Source: Squalus acanthias (Eukaryota). From it: a stretch of DNA of 64,000 bases. Position numbers and translations under genes: made by a program. The notes beneath the pieces are model-generated. The model saw only the letters and a list, made by a program, of their open reading frames with translations. It made no database searches and had not been told where the DNA came from. This document shows, one piece after another, positions 1-11,011 of the stretch (the first letter of the stretch is position 1; every line of letters begins with the position of its first letter). The DNA lies in contig CM059438.1 of the NCBI GenBank assembly GCA_030390025.1, forward strand, positions 63,862,001 through 63,926,000, given 5' to 3'.

Positions 1-70
1 CGGATGTCCCAAAGCGCTTCACAGTCAATGAAGTACTTTTTGAAGTACAGTCACTGTTGTGATGTAGGAA
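1..70 (-). mobile_element. Deu-domain SINE 3' fragment
   Basis: Reverse complement of the tail cagtgact..cttcaaaaagtacttcattg..aagcgctttggga seen in other copies in the window. Confidence 0.75.
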
Positions 71-242
71 ACCAGTGCTGCTTATTGACTTGGGAATGCT
101 TGATGCTGATACTTTGGTGTCAGCCGTGGGTCATGGTCCGCATTCTTCCTTCTGGGTCAGAAGTTTGTGGATTCAAGTCCCACTCCAGAGACCTGAGCAC
201 ATCATCTAGGTGGACACTTCAGTGCAGTACTGTCGGAGGAGT

Positions 243-2477
243 TGTAGAATTCGCAAAATTATCGCGATTTTATAATAATGAGAAGGAGACATAAAGTTTC
301 GTATAAACAGCTTTATTTCAGCAAAATGCTGTCATGTTTCAAAAGGGACACAAACAGCCTGTAAAATGGCCACCACGCCTCGTGGCAGAAGGTTCTAGAC
401 TTTCAGTAGGCAGACAAGATGGCGTTTCAATAAACATTTCAGCAAGATCGGACAGGACTCAGCATATTGGAGATAATGACAAGACACGAGGGGTTTGCAT
501 TTTAAACATAAATACTGGAATCGGTTTTCCAGGTACAAACAAGAGCTATTGTACTGGGCAATCAAGGACCCATCCAAAGACATTGATATGCAAATTCCCC
601 ACGGCTCTACGATGAGAGAGCAGTTCGCGGGTACTCACAGCAAGAATTTGGAAGCCCCCAAAACCCCTCCAGGGAGACTCATAGCCGGTTCCACAATAGG
701 AGAAATATTAACGGGTACTCAGACAGTTACAAGTATCACCGAAACCCATTAACGACAAGTACCACCCCATACAAGAAGTTTGAGCGCCAATACATGACAA
801 AGATGAACATTTAGATTGGGCGGGTGAAAGGGTTAATTTGGAATGGTCAAATTCAATTTCTACACAATTTGCAATAAAACCATGAGCAGTGAAGGTTTTG
901 CAAATTGAGACAAGGAATAGATAAGCTTACAGCTGCCAGACAGATTTTTGAGGGAGGGTTCAGTGTTTAATAAACGGTATTGAAAGAGGCCTTTTACAGA
1001 GTTAGCTAGAGACCGTAGGCACGGTGCCAATCACAGATAACATACAGTAGTAAACCGTGGGATTAGACTATGCTCAAAAAGGTGTAACAAGATGTAACTG
1101 CTTTTATGATTATTGCCAAATAAATATAGATAAAGGCAAAATATAATCAGGTGATTAATGTAATACCATATAATTGGACGAAAATCGATGTATGATGGCA
1201 TGTAGCCAGAAATATTGAATATAAGCTGTACTGAACAAAGGTTAAACGAGAAGGATGTTACAAAGGTCACGGGACCTTTTTGACTCCGGCTCCCAAAGTA
1301 CTTTGTCAATAAACTGTGTGTTTTTGAACTTCATCTAGGCTCTGAGAATCTTATTTTCTCCCCAACAGCGGGAGATAAGGAACTACAGTACTATAAACTG
1401 TAGTGTCCAAACGTCCATCTCGCTCTTATTCTCTTGCCTGCTGACTCTTATCCTCTGGCTGTTCATCGTGCTTTTTTTTTCTTTACCACCGACTGGAGCT
1501 CTGGACTCTCATTCTCTGATCCGCTGATTTTCCCGGAGTCAACCTCGTGGCTTGCCGCGAAGATCTGTGGAGAACTGGTCTGCGAAGGCCTGGAAGCGGG
1601 CGCACCATCCCGAGAAGTCGGTAAACGGTGTTGGAACCGAAGGCCCAAGAGGAGATGAGATGAGATGAGAAGAGAAGAAGACGACAACACGTATCGCCAC
1701 GGTCAGTAAGCCCCGACTGCGCCCGAAAATCGATTAACCACTTCTTTGAATTCTACCGACTTCTTCACAACTGGCTCAGGAAGACTCTTTTTCGAATTCT
1801 ACAGGTAACCGGTGTAGGGCACAGGAAGACTCTTCTTCGAGTGGTGTCCGAACTCCGAAGACCAACACAGATCTTCATGGCAGCAGACGGTCCAGCCTGC
1901 TAGCCGGAGCCGAAAGCGAGTAAACAAGTGGGGTACAGAGACCCCTGATCAACACGTGAATAGTCAGGTGCTGTGGCGAAAACATCCGAGCAGCGTTTTA
2001 GAATTCTCCGAATTATCCCGATTGGTGAGCATGAGTCTCGATCCTACAGGTCTATATTAGGACAGGCATTGATAGGGGAGGGTTTTGGTTTTAAGGATAA
2101 TTATAATGTGTGTCCCCTTTTACGATGTGTCGTGCGTTCCTCGTTTCCCTAAAATTAGTGTCATAACTGTGTGTAAGATTGTACTGTCATTAATCTGTGC
2201 TTATGACATGTATTTCATAATTTTGAACAATATGCAATAAAGATTTTCCATTTCGTACTATTCAACCGGGTCTACCTGAGTTTTCTCTGCATTATTGCTC
2301 TCGCACCTAAGTCCAGTGTCAGAACCGTAAGGGCGAGTGGGTCGAACCACTCACAGGTGTCTAGTGTCATCAGGCTGGCTGGAGACCAGAACAGGCAACA
2401 AGGCCTAACCCCGCACTAGCACCCAGGCTACGCACAGAGCAGCCTTCAGCACCGAGCCGAGCACGGTATCCCTTACA
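243..2477 (+). mobile_element. Long solo LTR family A, copy 1 (~1.69 kb plus a nested LTR)
   Basis: Termini TGTAG...CTTACA; 4-bp TSD GAGT (239-242 / 2478-2481); TATAAA 1392-1397; AATAAA 2236-2241; homologous to three other copies. Confidence 0.9.
825..1367 (+). mobile_element. Nested solo LTR family B (543 bp)
   Basis: TG...CA termini; 5-bp TSD GCGGG (820-824 / 1368-1372); TATAAG 1220-1225; AATAAA 1308-1313; absent from the other three family A copies. Confidence 0.9.
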
Positions 2478-2500
2478 GAGTCGTCTTTGGATGAGACGTT

Positions 2501-4085
2501 CCTCTCTCCTCTCTCTCTCCCCCCACCGATCCTCTATCTCCCCCCTCCGATTCCCTCTCTCTCCCGCCTCTGATCCCCTCTCTCTCCCCTTTCGATCCTA
2601 TCTCTCCCCTTTTGATCTTCTCTCTCCCGCCTCTGATCCTCTCTCTCTCCCCTTTTGATCCTCTCTCTCTCCCCTTTCAATCCTCTCTCTCCCGCCTCTG
2701 ATCCTCTCTCTCCCCTTTCGATCCTCTCTCTCCCCCCTTTCGATCCTCTCTCTCTCCCCTTTCGATCCTCTCCCTCCCCTTTCAATCCTCTCTCTCTCCC
2801 CTTTCGATCCTCTCCCTCCCCTTTCAATCCTCTCCCTCCCCTTTCAATCCTCTCTCTCTCCCCTTTCGATCCTCTCTCTCTCCCCTTTCGATCCTCTCTC
2901 TCCCCTTTCAATCCTCTCTCTCTCCCCTTTTGATCCTCTCTCCCCCCTTTCGATCCTCTCTCTCTCCCCCCTCTGATCCTCTCTCTCCCCTTTCGATCCT
3001 CTCTCTCTCCCCTTTCGATCCTCTCTCTCTCCCCTTTCGATCCTCTCCCTCCCCTTTCAATCCTCTCTCTCCCCCCTTTCGATCCTCTCTCTCTCCCCCC
3101 TCTGATCCTCTCTCTCCCCTTTTGATCCTCTCTCTCTCCCCTTTCAATCCTCTCTCTCCCGCCTCTGATCCTCTCTCTCCCCTTTCGATCCTCTCTCTCC
3201 CCCCTTTCGATCCTCTCTCTCTCCCCTTTCAATCCTCTCTCTCTCCCCTTTCGATCCTCTCTCTCTCCCCTTTCGATCCTCTCTCTCCCCTTTCAATCCT
3301 CTCTCTCTCCCCTTTTGATCCTCTCTCCCCCCTTTCGATCCTCTCTCTCTCCCCCCTCTGATCCTCTCTCTCCCCCCTTTCGATCCTCTCTCTCCCCTTT
3401 CGATCCTCTCTCTCCCCTTTCGATCCTCTCTCTCCCCCCTTTCGATCCTCTCTCTCCCCTTTCGATCCTCTCTCTCCCCTTTCGATCCTCTCTCTCCCCT
3501 TTCGATCCTCTCTCTCCCCTTTCGATCCTCTCTCTCCCCTTTCGATCCTCTCTCTCCCCTTTTGATCCTCTCTCTCCCCTTTTGATCCTCTCTCTCTCCC
3601 GCCTCTGATCCTCTCTCTCTCCCCTTTCGATCCTCTCTCTCTCCCCTTTCGATCCTCTCTCTCTCCCCTTTCGATCCTCTCTCTCCCCCCTTTCGATCCT
3701 CTCTCCCCCCTTTCGATCCTCTCTCTCTACCCCCTCTGATCCTCTCTCTCCCCTTTTGATCCTCTCTCTCTTCCCCCCCCGATCCTGTCTCTCTCCCCTC
3801 TGATTCCCTCTCTCTCCCCTTTCGATCCTCTCTCCCACCTCTGATCCTCTCTCTCTCCCCTTTCGATCCTCTCTCTACCCTTTCGATCCTCTCTCTCTCC
3901 CCTTTCGATCCTCTCTCTCTCCCCTTTCGATCCTCTCTCTCCCCTTTCGATCCTCTCTCTCTCCCCTTTCGATCCTCTCTCTCTCCCCTTTTGATCCTCT
4001 CTCTCTCCCCCCCCCCCCCCGATTCCCTCTCTCTCCCCTTTCGATCCTCTCTCTCTCCCCTCTGATTCCCTCCCTCCCCCCCCGC
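2501..4085. repeat. Pyrimidine-rich minisatellite, unit ~18-24 bp (CGATCCTCTCTCTC(TC)CCCTTT)
   Basis: Dozens of directly visible tandem units. Confidence 0.98.
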
Positions 4086-4159
4086 CCCCGAGGAAAGCGT
4101 GGCCTACTGCAGGTCGTAACTCTGGGGTACTGGGCCTGCGCGGCCTCAGTAAACAGCAC

Positions 4160-4424
4160 GCATGCGCAGAAGGGGATCAGGTGAGCATGCATGGCTCCGG
4201 GATACCGCCGCATGCGCAGAAGGGGATCAGGTGAGCATGCGCAGCTCCGGGATACCGCCACATGCGCAGAAGGGGATCAGGTGAGCATGCGCGGCTCCGG
4301 GATACCGCCGCATGCGCAGAAGGGGATCAGGTGAGCATGCGCGGCTCCAGGATACCACCGCATGCGCAGAAGGGGATCAGGTGAGCATGCGCGGCTCCGG
4401 GATAGCGCCGCATGTGCAGAAGGC
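4160..4424. repeat. 50-bp GC-rich VNTR, ~5.3 copies
   Basis: catgcgcaga recurs at 4161, 4211, 4261, 4311 and 4361, with variant catgtgcaga at 4411. Confidence 0.98.
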
Positions 4425-5446
4425 CGCAAAAATGTTTGTACAGGTAATCACAGCGGACGTTAAACCGAGGCCCTGTCTGCCCTCCCAGCTGGATGTAAAA
4501 GATCCCATGGCACTATTCGAAGAAGGGTAGAGGAGCTATCCTGGTGTCCTGGCCACCATTTATCCCTCAACCAACATCGCTAAAACAGATTATCTGGCCA
4601 TTTATCTCATTGCTGTTTGTAGGACTTTGCTGTGTGCAAATTGGCTGCCACATTTCCCTAGTCACAACAGTGACTACACTTCAAAAAGTACTTCATTGGC
4701 TGTAAAGCGCTTTGGGACATCCTAAGGCCGTGAATGGTGCTATATAAATGTAAGTTCTTTCTTTACTTTGTGGCAAAAATAAACATTCCTCAGCACTGAC
4801 GTCATTCATTTTAATCGCACAAAATTTCATACAGAAATATAAATTTCACAATTTCAGAGATTAATTGGCTTCTGAAGAAGATTGGCAAAATCTCAGTTTT
4901 CCTTTATTTCTGATGGCCCCTTTTCTCTACAACAGATCAATATTTAAATCGAAATGAATTTTTTTCCTTCTGATCCTATCGATGTCCAATACATACAGAC
5001 CCATTGCAATTGCCAGAGGACATAACATTCAATTCAGTTAAGCATGGCTTTGAAGTATCAATACTGCACAGCATCAATAGTTTACTTTGAATTTATAAAG
5101 CTATACTTTGAACTGCTACTTTCAAAGCTTGCAAGGTGATACAAATTGTGACTTGAAATTTTTAGCAATGTTCCTTAATTTACTTCATGAGAACCATTGG
5201 CCAAAACTGATGATATTGCAGTACAACATGTAGACAGTCCCTGAATGTCAAAATAATCTCCCTGTTTGAATTCCTCCCATCAGGTTTCTACCCCTTTTAC
5301 AGCACTGAAATGGTTGTCACCAAAGACTTGATGGACTTGTTTAGTGACTGTGTTATCCCTACTCATCCTCCTTCACATCTCTGTATCCTTCAACATGGCC
5401 AGCCACACTGGAAAGATATATTGGCGCTGCAGATTCACCAGGTTTT

Positions 5447-6120
5447 CAGCTCTGGCTCGGTGAGTAGCACTCTCGCCTCTGAGTCAGACGGTTGTGGGTT
5501 CAAGTCCCACTCCAGAGACTTGAGCACATAACCTAGGCTGACACTCCAGTGCAGTGCTGAGGGAGTGCTGCACTGTCGGAGGCGCCGTCTTTCGGATGAG
5601 ATGTTAAACCGAGGCCCCATCTGCCCTCTCAGGAGGCTGTAAAAGATCCCATGACACTATTTTGAACAGGAGTAGGGGAGTTCTCACAGGTGTCCTAGCC
5701 AATATTTGTCACTTAACCGATATCAGTAAAACAGATTATCTGGTCATTATCACTGACATGAATCTTGTATGAAGTAATACTGGGTGGCCTGCTGGTGGCG
5801 CTGTCCAGGGAGAGTATAAGTACTCGGGCATGGGCTCAGCTTGCTTAGGACATTCCTCAACAGGAACTAGTTAAGGACACAAGTAGATCTCCATGTTGAA
5901 AAACAGTTGATTAAAGCTTTGTTCAATGCTTAGACCAAGTGCCTAGTAGTTTTCTTACGTCAATCACGTTGCTGCTGGGGGAGCTTGCTGTGCGCAAATT
6001 GGCCGCAGCGTTTCTTAGATTAAAACAGTGACTATACTTCAAAAGGTACTTAATTGGCTGTAAAGTGCTTTGGGGCTTCCTGAGGTCGTGAAAGGTGCTA
6101 ACTAAATGCAAGTTCTTTCT
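5447..6120 (+). mobile_element. Full-length Deu-domain tRNA SINE, interrupted by a mini-LTR
   Basis: A box tggctcggtg, B box ggttcaagtccc, Deu body, L2-like tail. Confidence 0.9.
5754..5962 (+). mobile_element. Mini solo LTR family C, copy 1 (209 bp, 20-bp internal deletion)
   Basis: TGAC...GTCA termini; 5-bp TSD ATCAC; TATAAG and ATTAAA on +. Confidence 0.88.
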
Positions 6121-6134
6121 CTGAATGTGGCTGA

Positions 6135-6672
6135 TCTCCTACATCCTACCCTATGTAAACTTGAGGTAATCCAAAACTTGGCTGCCCGTGTCCTAACTCG
6201 CACCAAGTCCCGTTCGCCCATCACCCCTGTGCTTGCTGACCTACATTGGCTCCCGGTTAAACAGCGCCTCAATTTCAAAATTCTCATTCTTGTTTTCAAA
6301 TCCCTCGCTCCTCCCTATCTCTGTAATCTCCTCCAGTCCCACAAACCCCCCCGAGATATCTGCGCTCCTCTAATTCTGCCCTCTTGAGCATCCCTGATTA
6401 TAATCGCTCAACCATTGGTGGCCGTGCCTTCTGTTGCCTAGGCCCAAAGCTCTGGAATTCCCTGCCTAAACCTCTCCGCCTCGCTACCTCTCTTTCCTCC
6501 TTTAAGACATTCCTTAAAACCTACCTCTTTAACCAAGCTTTTGTTCACCTGCCCGAATTTCTCCTTATGTGGCTCAGTGTCAAATTTGTTGTCTTCTAAT
6601 ACTCCTGTGAAGCACCTTGGGACGTTTTACTATGTTAAAGGCGCTACATAAATGCAAATTGTTGTTGTTGTT
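6135..6672 (+). mobile_element. L2 LINE 3' fragment
   Basis: IQNLAARVLTRTKSRSPITPVLADLHWLPV C-terminal motif; (TTG)n tail. Confidence 0.92.
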
Positions 6673-6774
6673 AAAAGTTGCTGAATTAACAAAGATACAG
6701 TATTACAGTAGAATAATCAAATCTATCGCAGAATCATGAATGTTTCGTGTATTTCAAGATACGAAGGGGCTGTT

Positions 6775-7168
6775 TACATTAGAACAGAGGTGATTTGACA
6801 GAGATGCTTAAAATTATGAAGGGATGAAAAGGAATAGATAGAAAGATGGTTTCCAGTGATTAAGGGACCGTGAATGAAGGGACATAGATATGATTAAATG
6901 TGAGAGATTTAGGACAGAAAGCAAGAGAACTTTTTTTTTATACAAAGGATTGCGAGGCTGTGGAATGTGCTACCAGAGTTAGTGATTGAAGCAGAGGCCT
7001 TGTCAACATTAGTGAATAAGTTAGATAGATTGTTGCAGGAGAGGGGAAATAATGGGATCGGGACACATGGGATTAGGACTACTGCTTGCGTGGAGGTTAA
7101 ACACCAGCACAGACCGCTTGGGCCGAATGGCCAGTTTCCGTGATTTAATTTCTATGTAATTCTATGTA
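6775..7168 (+). mobile_element. CR1 LINE 3' fragment (old)
   Basis: Degenerate RGDL..FKIMKG coding end, gggccgaatggcc tail and repeated ttctatgtaa. Confidence 0.75.
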
Positions 7169-7945
7169 ACCACCTCAGCACTGATGACAAGTCATGGAAA
7201 GTTTCACACTGTTACAGAGAAACCTTTCCTGCCAAAGAGAGGTTGATTAGATTCCAGGCAACCATCTCCTTTTTAAAAATTCATCATAGGCACGCTCCAA
7301 GGTACAGAACCTGACCAGCAGCAGTAAAGCTCTCTTCTTATTTAACCCTTGATCGGCCACTGCTCCCTTATATATAAACTGCGCAAAGTCACACTGAGTG
7401 GCGGGGTGTTCTTGGCTCTTTTGGCGTCTGGTTGGGGTTGAAGTGAGGAAGAGTGGGTTCCTGATGGCTGAAGCAGCTGTCTGTCTGTTTTTGGATTTTA
7501 CATGCAGCTGTCTGAATTATGGATTACCTGAATCTGAATCCATAGTTCAAATTGATCCAAATGTGCATGCTTAACCTCCTCAGAGCCGGGGCTATCCACA
7601 TAACTGGCCTATCAGCCGTTTAAATGCTCAGGCTTGCCTGCAACATTTCCAGTGTCATCCCAGCAGATATTCTGGGTGCCAACTCGTTGGCCAGAACACC
7701 ACAGGCTTCTGTCAGCAGTGACGTGAATGATTGGCGATCGCCCACGATACAAGCAAATGTGCACCTGCCAACGGCAGAGGCTGGTGGAAGGCCGGCACAG
7801 TTGTGACTGGCCAATGTGGGCAGTCTGTGAGTTGAATCTGCGGCCTCTAGTATCATTTTTACAAGTGAAACTCTGGGCTGCAGCATAAAAGAATCCAATT
7901 TGCATTTCTTCATATGAACAGTGTTTTTTAAGAGGCTTATTTAAT

Positions 7946-8641
7946 GGGCTGTATTTTGCGACCCCTACGGGTGCGTACGAGGTGTGTACGTGCCCGTAGG
8001 GGCCGTGCAAGTGCCGGGTTTAGGCATGCGAAGCGCTTGTGCTGAAACCCGGCACTTGCGATCTGTCAAGAATCTTCGGGAAAAGGGCCTCTGCGGGTGG
8101 AGAGTTGCGCTATTTGCCCAACTTCCGCCCGCTGAAAGGCTGTGGAATTCTTACGTCTTGTAAAAGCAGGAGTAAGACCTGCTTTTACCAGTGTAAGAGT
8201 TTTAAAAAATAGAAAAATAAAATTTTATCACTCATTTATATATTAAAAATCCTGTCCAATAAGGTAAGTTTATTTTTTAGCCCCGTTAAAACATATAAAT
8301 TTTTTCCCCCAAAAATTACATTTTTAATTAATTTAATTCATGTAATTAAAAAAAAATATTTCATGTGTTTGTGTATTTTTTAAGTCATCCCCATTCATAC
8401 TTATGACAGATAAGTATGAATGGGGATTCCCTTCTTTCATTGGTTGAGCCGGCCCACGTGATCCCAGGGGCGCTTGCGAACCGCCTGCGCCCATGAGATA
8501 CGTGGGCCTCTGCGCATTTCTACCAGGAGAAGCCCAGGATCGCAAACCTCCGTATCTCCCGGACCACCGGGTAAATGCGTAGATTTTTTAATGATCAGAG
8601 GCATCCGCCCGCGGGAAGCCTTCGATCGCAACTTCAGGCCC
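7946..8641 (+). mobile_element. Harbinger/PIF-type MITE, family M1
   Basis: GGGCTG..TTTT / ACTTCAGGCCC ends; GC-rich arms and AT-rich centre; homologous to 40195-40961 and 59588-60243. Confidence 0.8.
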
Positions 8642-9267
8642 ATTATATTGGCACCAGCACATTTTAGACAAATAACTGCAATAATGTTGTGTGATACTCT
8701 TAATTCATCACCTCAAAACTGCTCCAGCTACTAGTGACAGACCTGTACCCTGTAGCACCCTTAACCCCTGTGTTGGACAGCTCAAAATACTCTCTCCAGA
8801 CTAGTTTCAAGTTATAAAATCGATCAATCAATAGACCGGTGCTGGAATAATGTTCTAAAAGTTGCTTGCTGTTTGTTAAGCTGAATTCCCTTCTGTTAAT
8901 TTCTCGCTCGCTAAAAATAATTTCAACTTGAACTATAGCAAATAAGTTAGAGTAATTATCGTATACTCCAGAAAATAGTCTGTTGGACAAGACAATGGCT
9001 AGAAGAGGCCACAAGAAAGAAAGGAGTGGAACACAACGATTAGATATATAAAGGTGTAAAGTTCTTATTTGAACTTGCTTTAGGATTCATTGCAATCCAA
9101 GGTTGAATGAAAAAGAATAACTTTATTAAGGTATAAAACAATGGGCTAGAATTTGATGCCAAAATAATGGTACGATTAATGGCACTCGCCATTATTAATG
9201 TGTAAATCGTCCAGCAACTTGTGGTGATGAAGAGATACCCGTGAATTGCGAAACGCCACAAGTTTAT

Positions 9268-10615
9268 TTTAATTTTTTTATTTATTCACGGGATGTGGGC
9301 GTCGCTGGCAAGGCCAGCATTTATTGCCCTTCCCTGGTTTCCCTTGAGAAGGTGCTGGTGAGCTGCCTTCTTGAACCGCTGCAGGCCATCTGGTGAAGTA
9401 ACTCCCACAGTGCTGTTAAGTAGGGTTTCCAGGATTTTGACCCAGCGACAATGAAGGAACGGCGATATATGTCCAAGTCAGGATGGCGTGTGACTTGGAG
9501 GGGAACTTGGAGGTGGTGGTGTTCCCATGTGCCTGTTGCCCTTGTCCTGCTAGGTGGAAGAGGTCATGGGTTTGGGAAGTGCTGCCATAGAGCTGAGTGG
9601 TCCTGGTAGAACCAAAACTGAGCATTGGTGAGCAGGTTGTTGGTGGGTAAGTGCCACTTGATAGCATTGTTGACGACACATTCCATCACTTTTTGCTGAT
9701 AATTGAGAGTAGGCTGATGGGGTGATAATTGCCTGGGCAATTTTCCATTTTGTCGGGCAGGTGCTAGTGTTGTATCTATACTGGAACAACTTAGGTGGAG
9801 GCGCGGCTAGTTCTGGAGTGCAGGTCTTCAGCCAGATAGTAGCTGAGGCCTATAACCTTTGCTACATCCAGTGCACGCAGCCATTTTTCAGATATCTCCG
9901 AGTGAATCGAATTGGCTGAAGACTGGCATCTGTGAATGGTGGGGCCCTCAGGAGGATGACAAGACGGATCATCCACTCAGTAGGGTTGAAGATGGTTGTG
10001 AATGCTTTAGCCTTGTCTTTTGTGCTCATGTGCTGGGCTCCGCCAACATGATGTTCATGGAGCCTCCTCCTCCTCCCGTTAGTTGTTTAATTGTTCACCA
10101 CCTGGACTGGACATGGCAGAACACCAGACCTTTGATCTGATCCGTTGGTTGTGGGATCGCTTAGCTCTGTCTATGGCATGTTGCTTCTGCTGTTTAGCAT
10201 GCATGTAGTCCTGTGTTGCAACTTCCCCAGGTTGCCACCTCATTTTTAGGTACGCCTGGTGCTGCTCCTGGCATACTCTCCTGCACTCCTCATTGAGCCA
10301 GGGTTGGTCGTCTGGCTTGATGGTAATGGTAGAGTGAGGGATATGCCGGGCCATGAGGTTACAGATTGTGGTGGAATACAATTCTGCTGCTGCTGATGGC
10401 CCACAGCTCCTCATGGATGCCCAGTTTTGTGCTGTTAGATCTGTTCCGAATCTATCCTATTTAGCACAGTGGTCGTGCCACACAACACGATGGAGGGTGT
10501 CCTCAGTGTGAAGAGGGGAGTTCGTCTCCACAAGGACTGTGTGGTGGTCTCTCCTACCAGTACTGTCATGGACAGATGCATCTGCGACAGGTAGGACGAG
10601 GTCAAGTAGGTTTTT
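9268..10615 (-). mobile_element. CR1-group LINE family Z, internally deleted
   Basis: Same 3' end as 39200-39423; translated pieces (TIKPDDQPWLNEECRR, KWKIAQ) match the 33384 element. Confidence 0.88.
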
Positions 10616-11011
10616 GACTATGAGTCACACACTGAGTGGTTCAGCGTACTTTAAACGTTCTGGAAGGTGAAACCCACTTCAAATGACACAAACTCTATCA
10701 GCTCCCTAAAGAATATAGCACTAACAATGCAGAAAACATTTATTAATATAGAGCAACAGAACTGACTGGGTAGTGAGTCAGCATATGCAGTCTACTCCTG
10801 TTAATTCAGTCATTTTTTGCTTTAAAATTATTCAGAGGTGCAAATTATGTTACACAAATAACACAGCACAGGAGACGATTCTTGTAGGATTTCAATTCAA
10901 ATTAACTGTTAATTTGCATTGTGCAACTTCAAGTTGAGAGTAGATTGTACAGAAATGTTGTAGCAGATGGATTTCATGGACCGTCAGGAAGTCCCTTGTG
11001 GAAATAATACT

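Larger units (their letters stand above)
2501..4455. mobile_element. Composite tandem-repeat insertion, unclassified
   Basis: Interrupts the SINE with GACGTT duplicated (2495-2500 / 4456-4461); no TIR, poly(A) or credible ORF. Confidence 0.65.
116..4768 (+). mobile_element. Deu-domain tRNA SINE (SacSINE1/AmnSINE1-like) split by two insertions; pieces 116-242, 2478-2500, 4456-4768
   Basis: B-box-like ggattcaagtccc in the head; pieces rejoin to the SINE sequence tgtcggagg..cgtcttt.ggatgagacgttaaaccgagg seen at 5573-5620 and 40030-40080; L2-like tail at the end. Confidence 0.9.

Noticed and set aside
334..752. + strand ORFs in U3 of family A as an accessory gene
   Set aside because: Homologous regions in the other copies carry indels and stops; no shared reading frame
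1740..1850. Heat-shock elements in the GAA/TTC repeats
   Set aside because: Spacing does not fit nGAAnnTTCn
2534..4261. Long Arg/Glu/Gly-rich and Ser/Pro/Leu-rich ORFs
   Set aside because: Translations of the CT minisatellite; open only because the repeat lacks stop codons
4160..4424. CRISPR-like regular array
   Set aside because: Head-to-tail identical units with no unique spacers, no cas genes, and a vertebrate context
5447..5530. tRNA genes at A/B-box sites
   Set aside because: They continue into SINE or LINE bodies and no complete cloverleaf is evident
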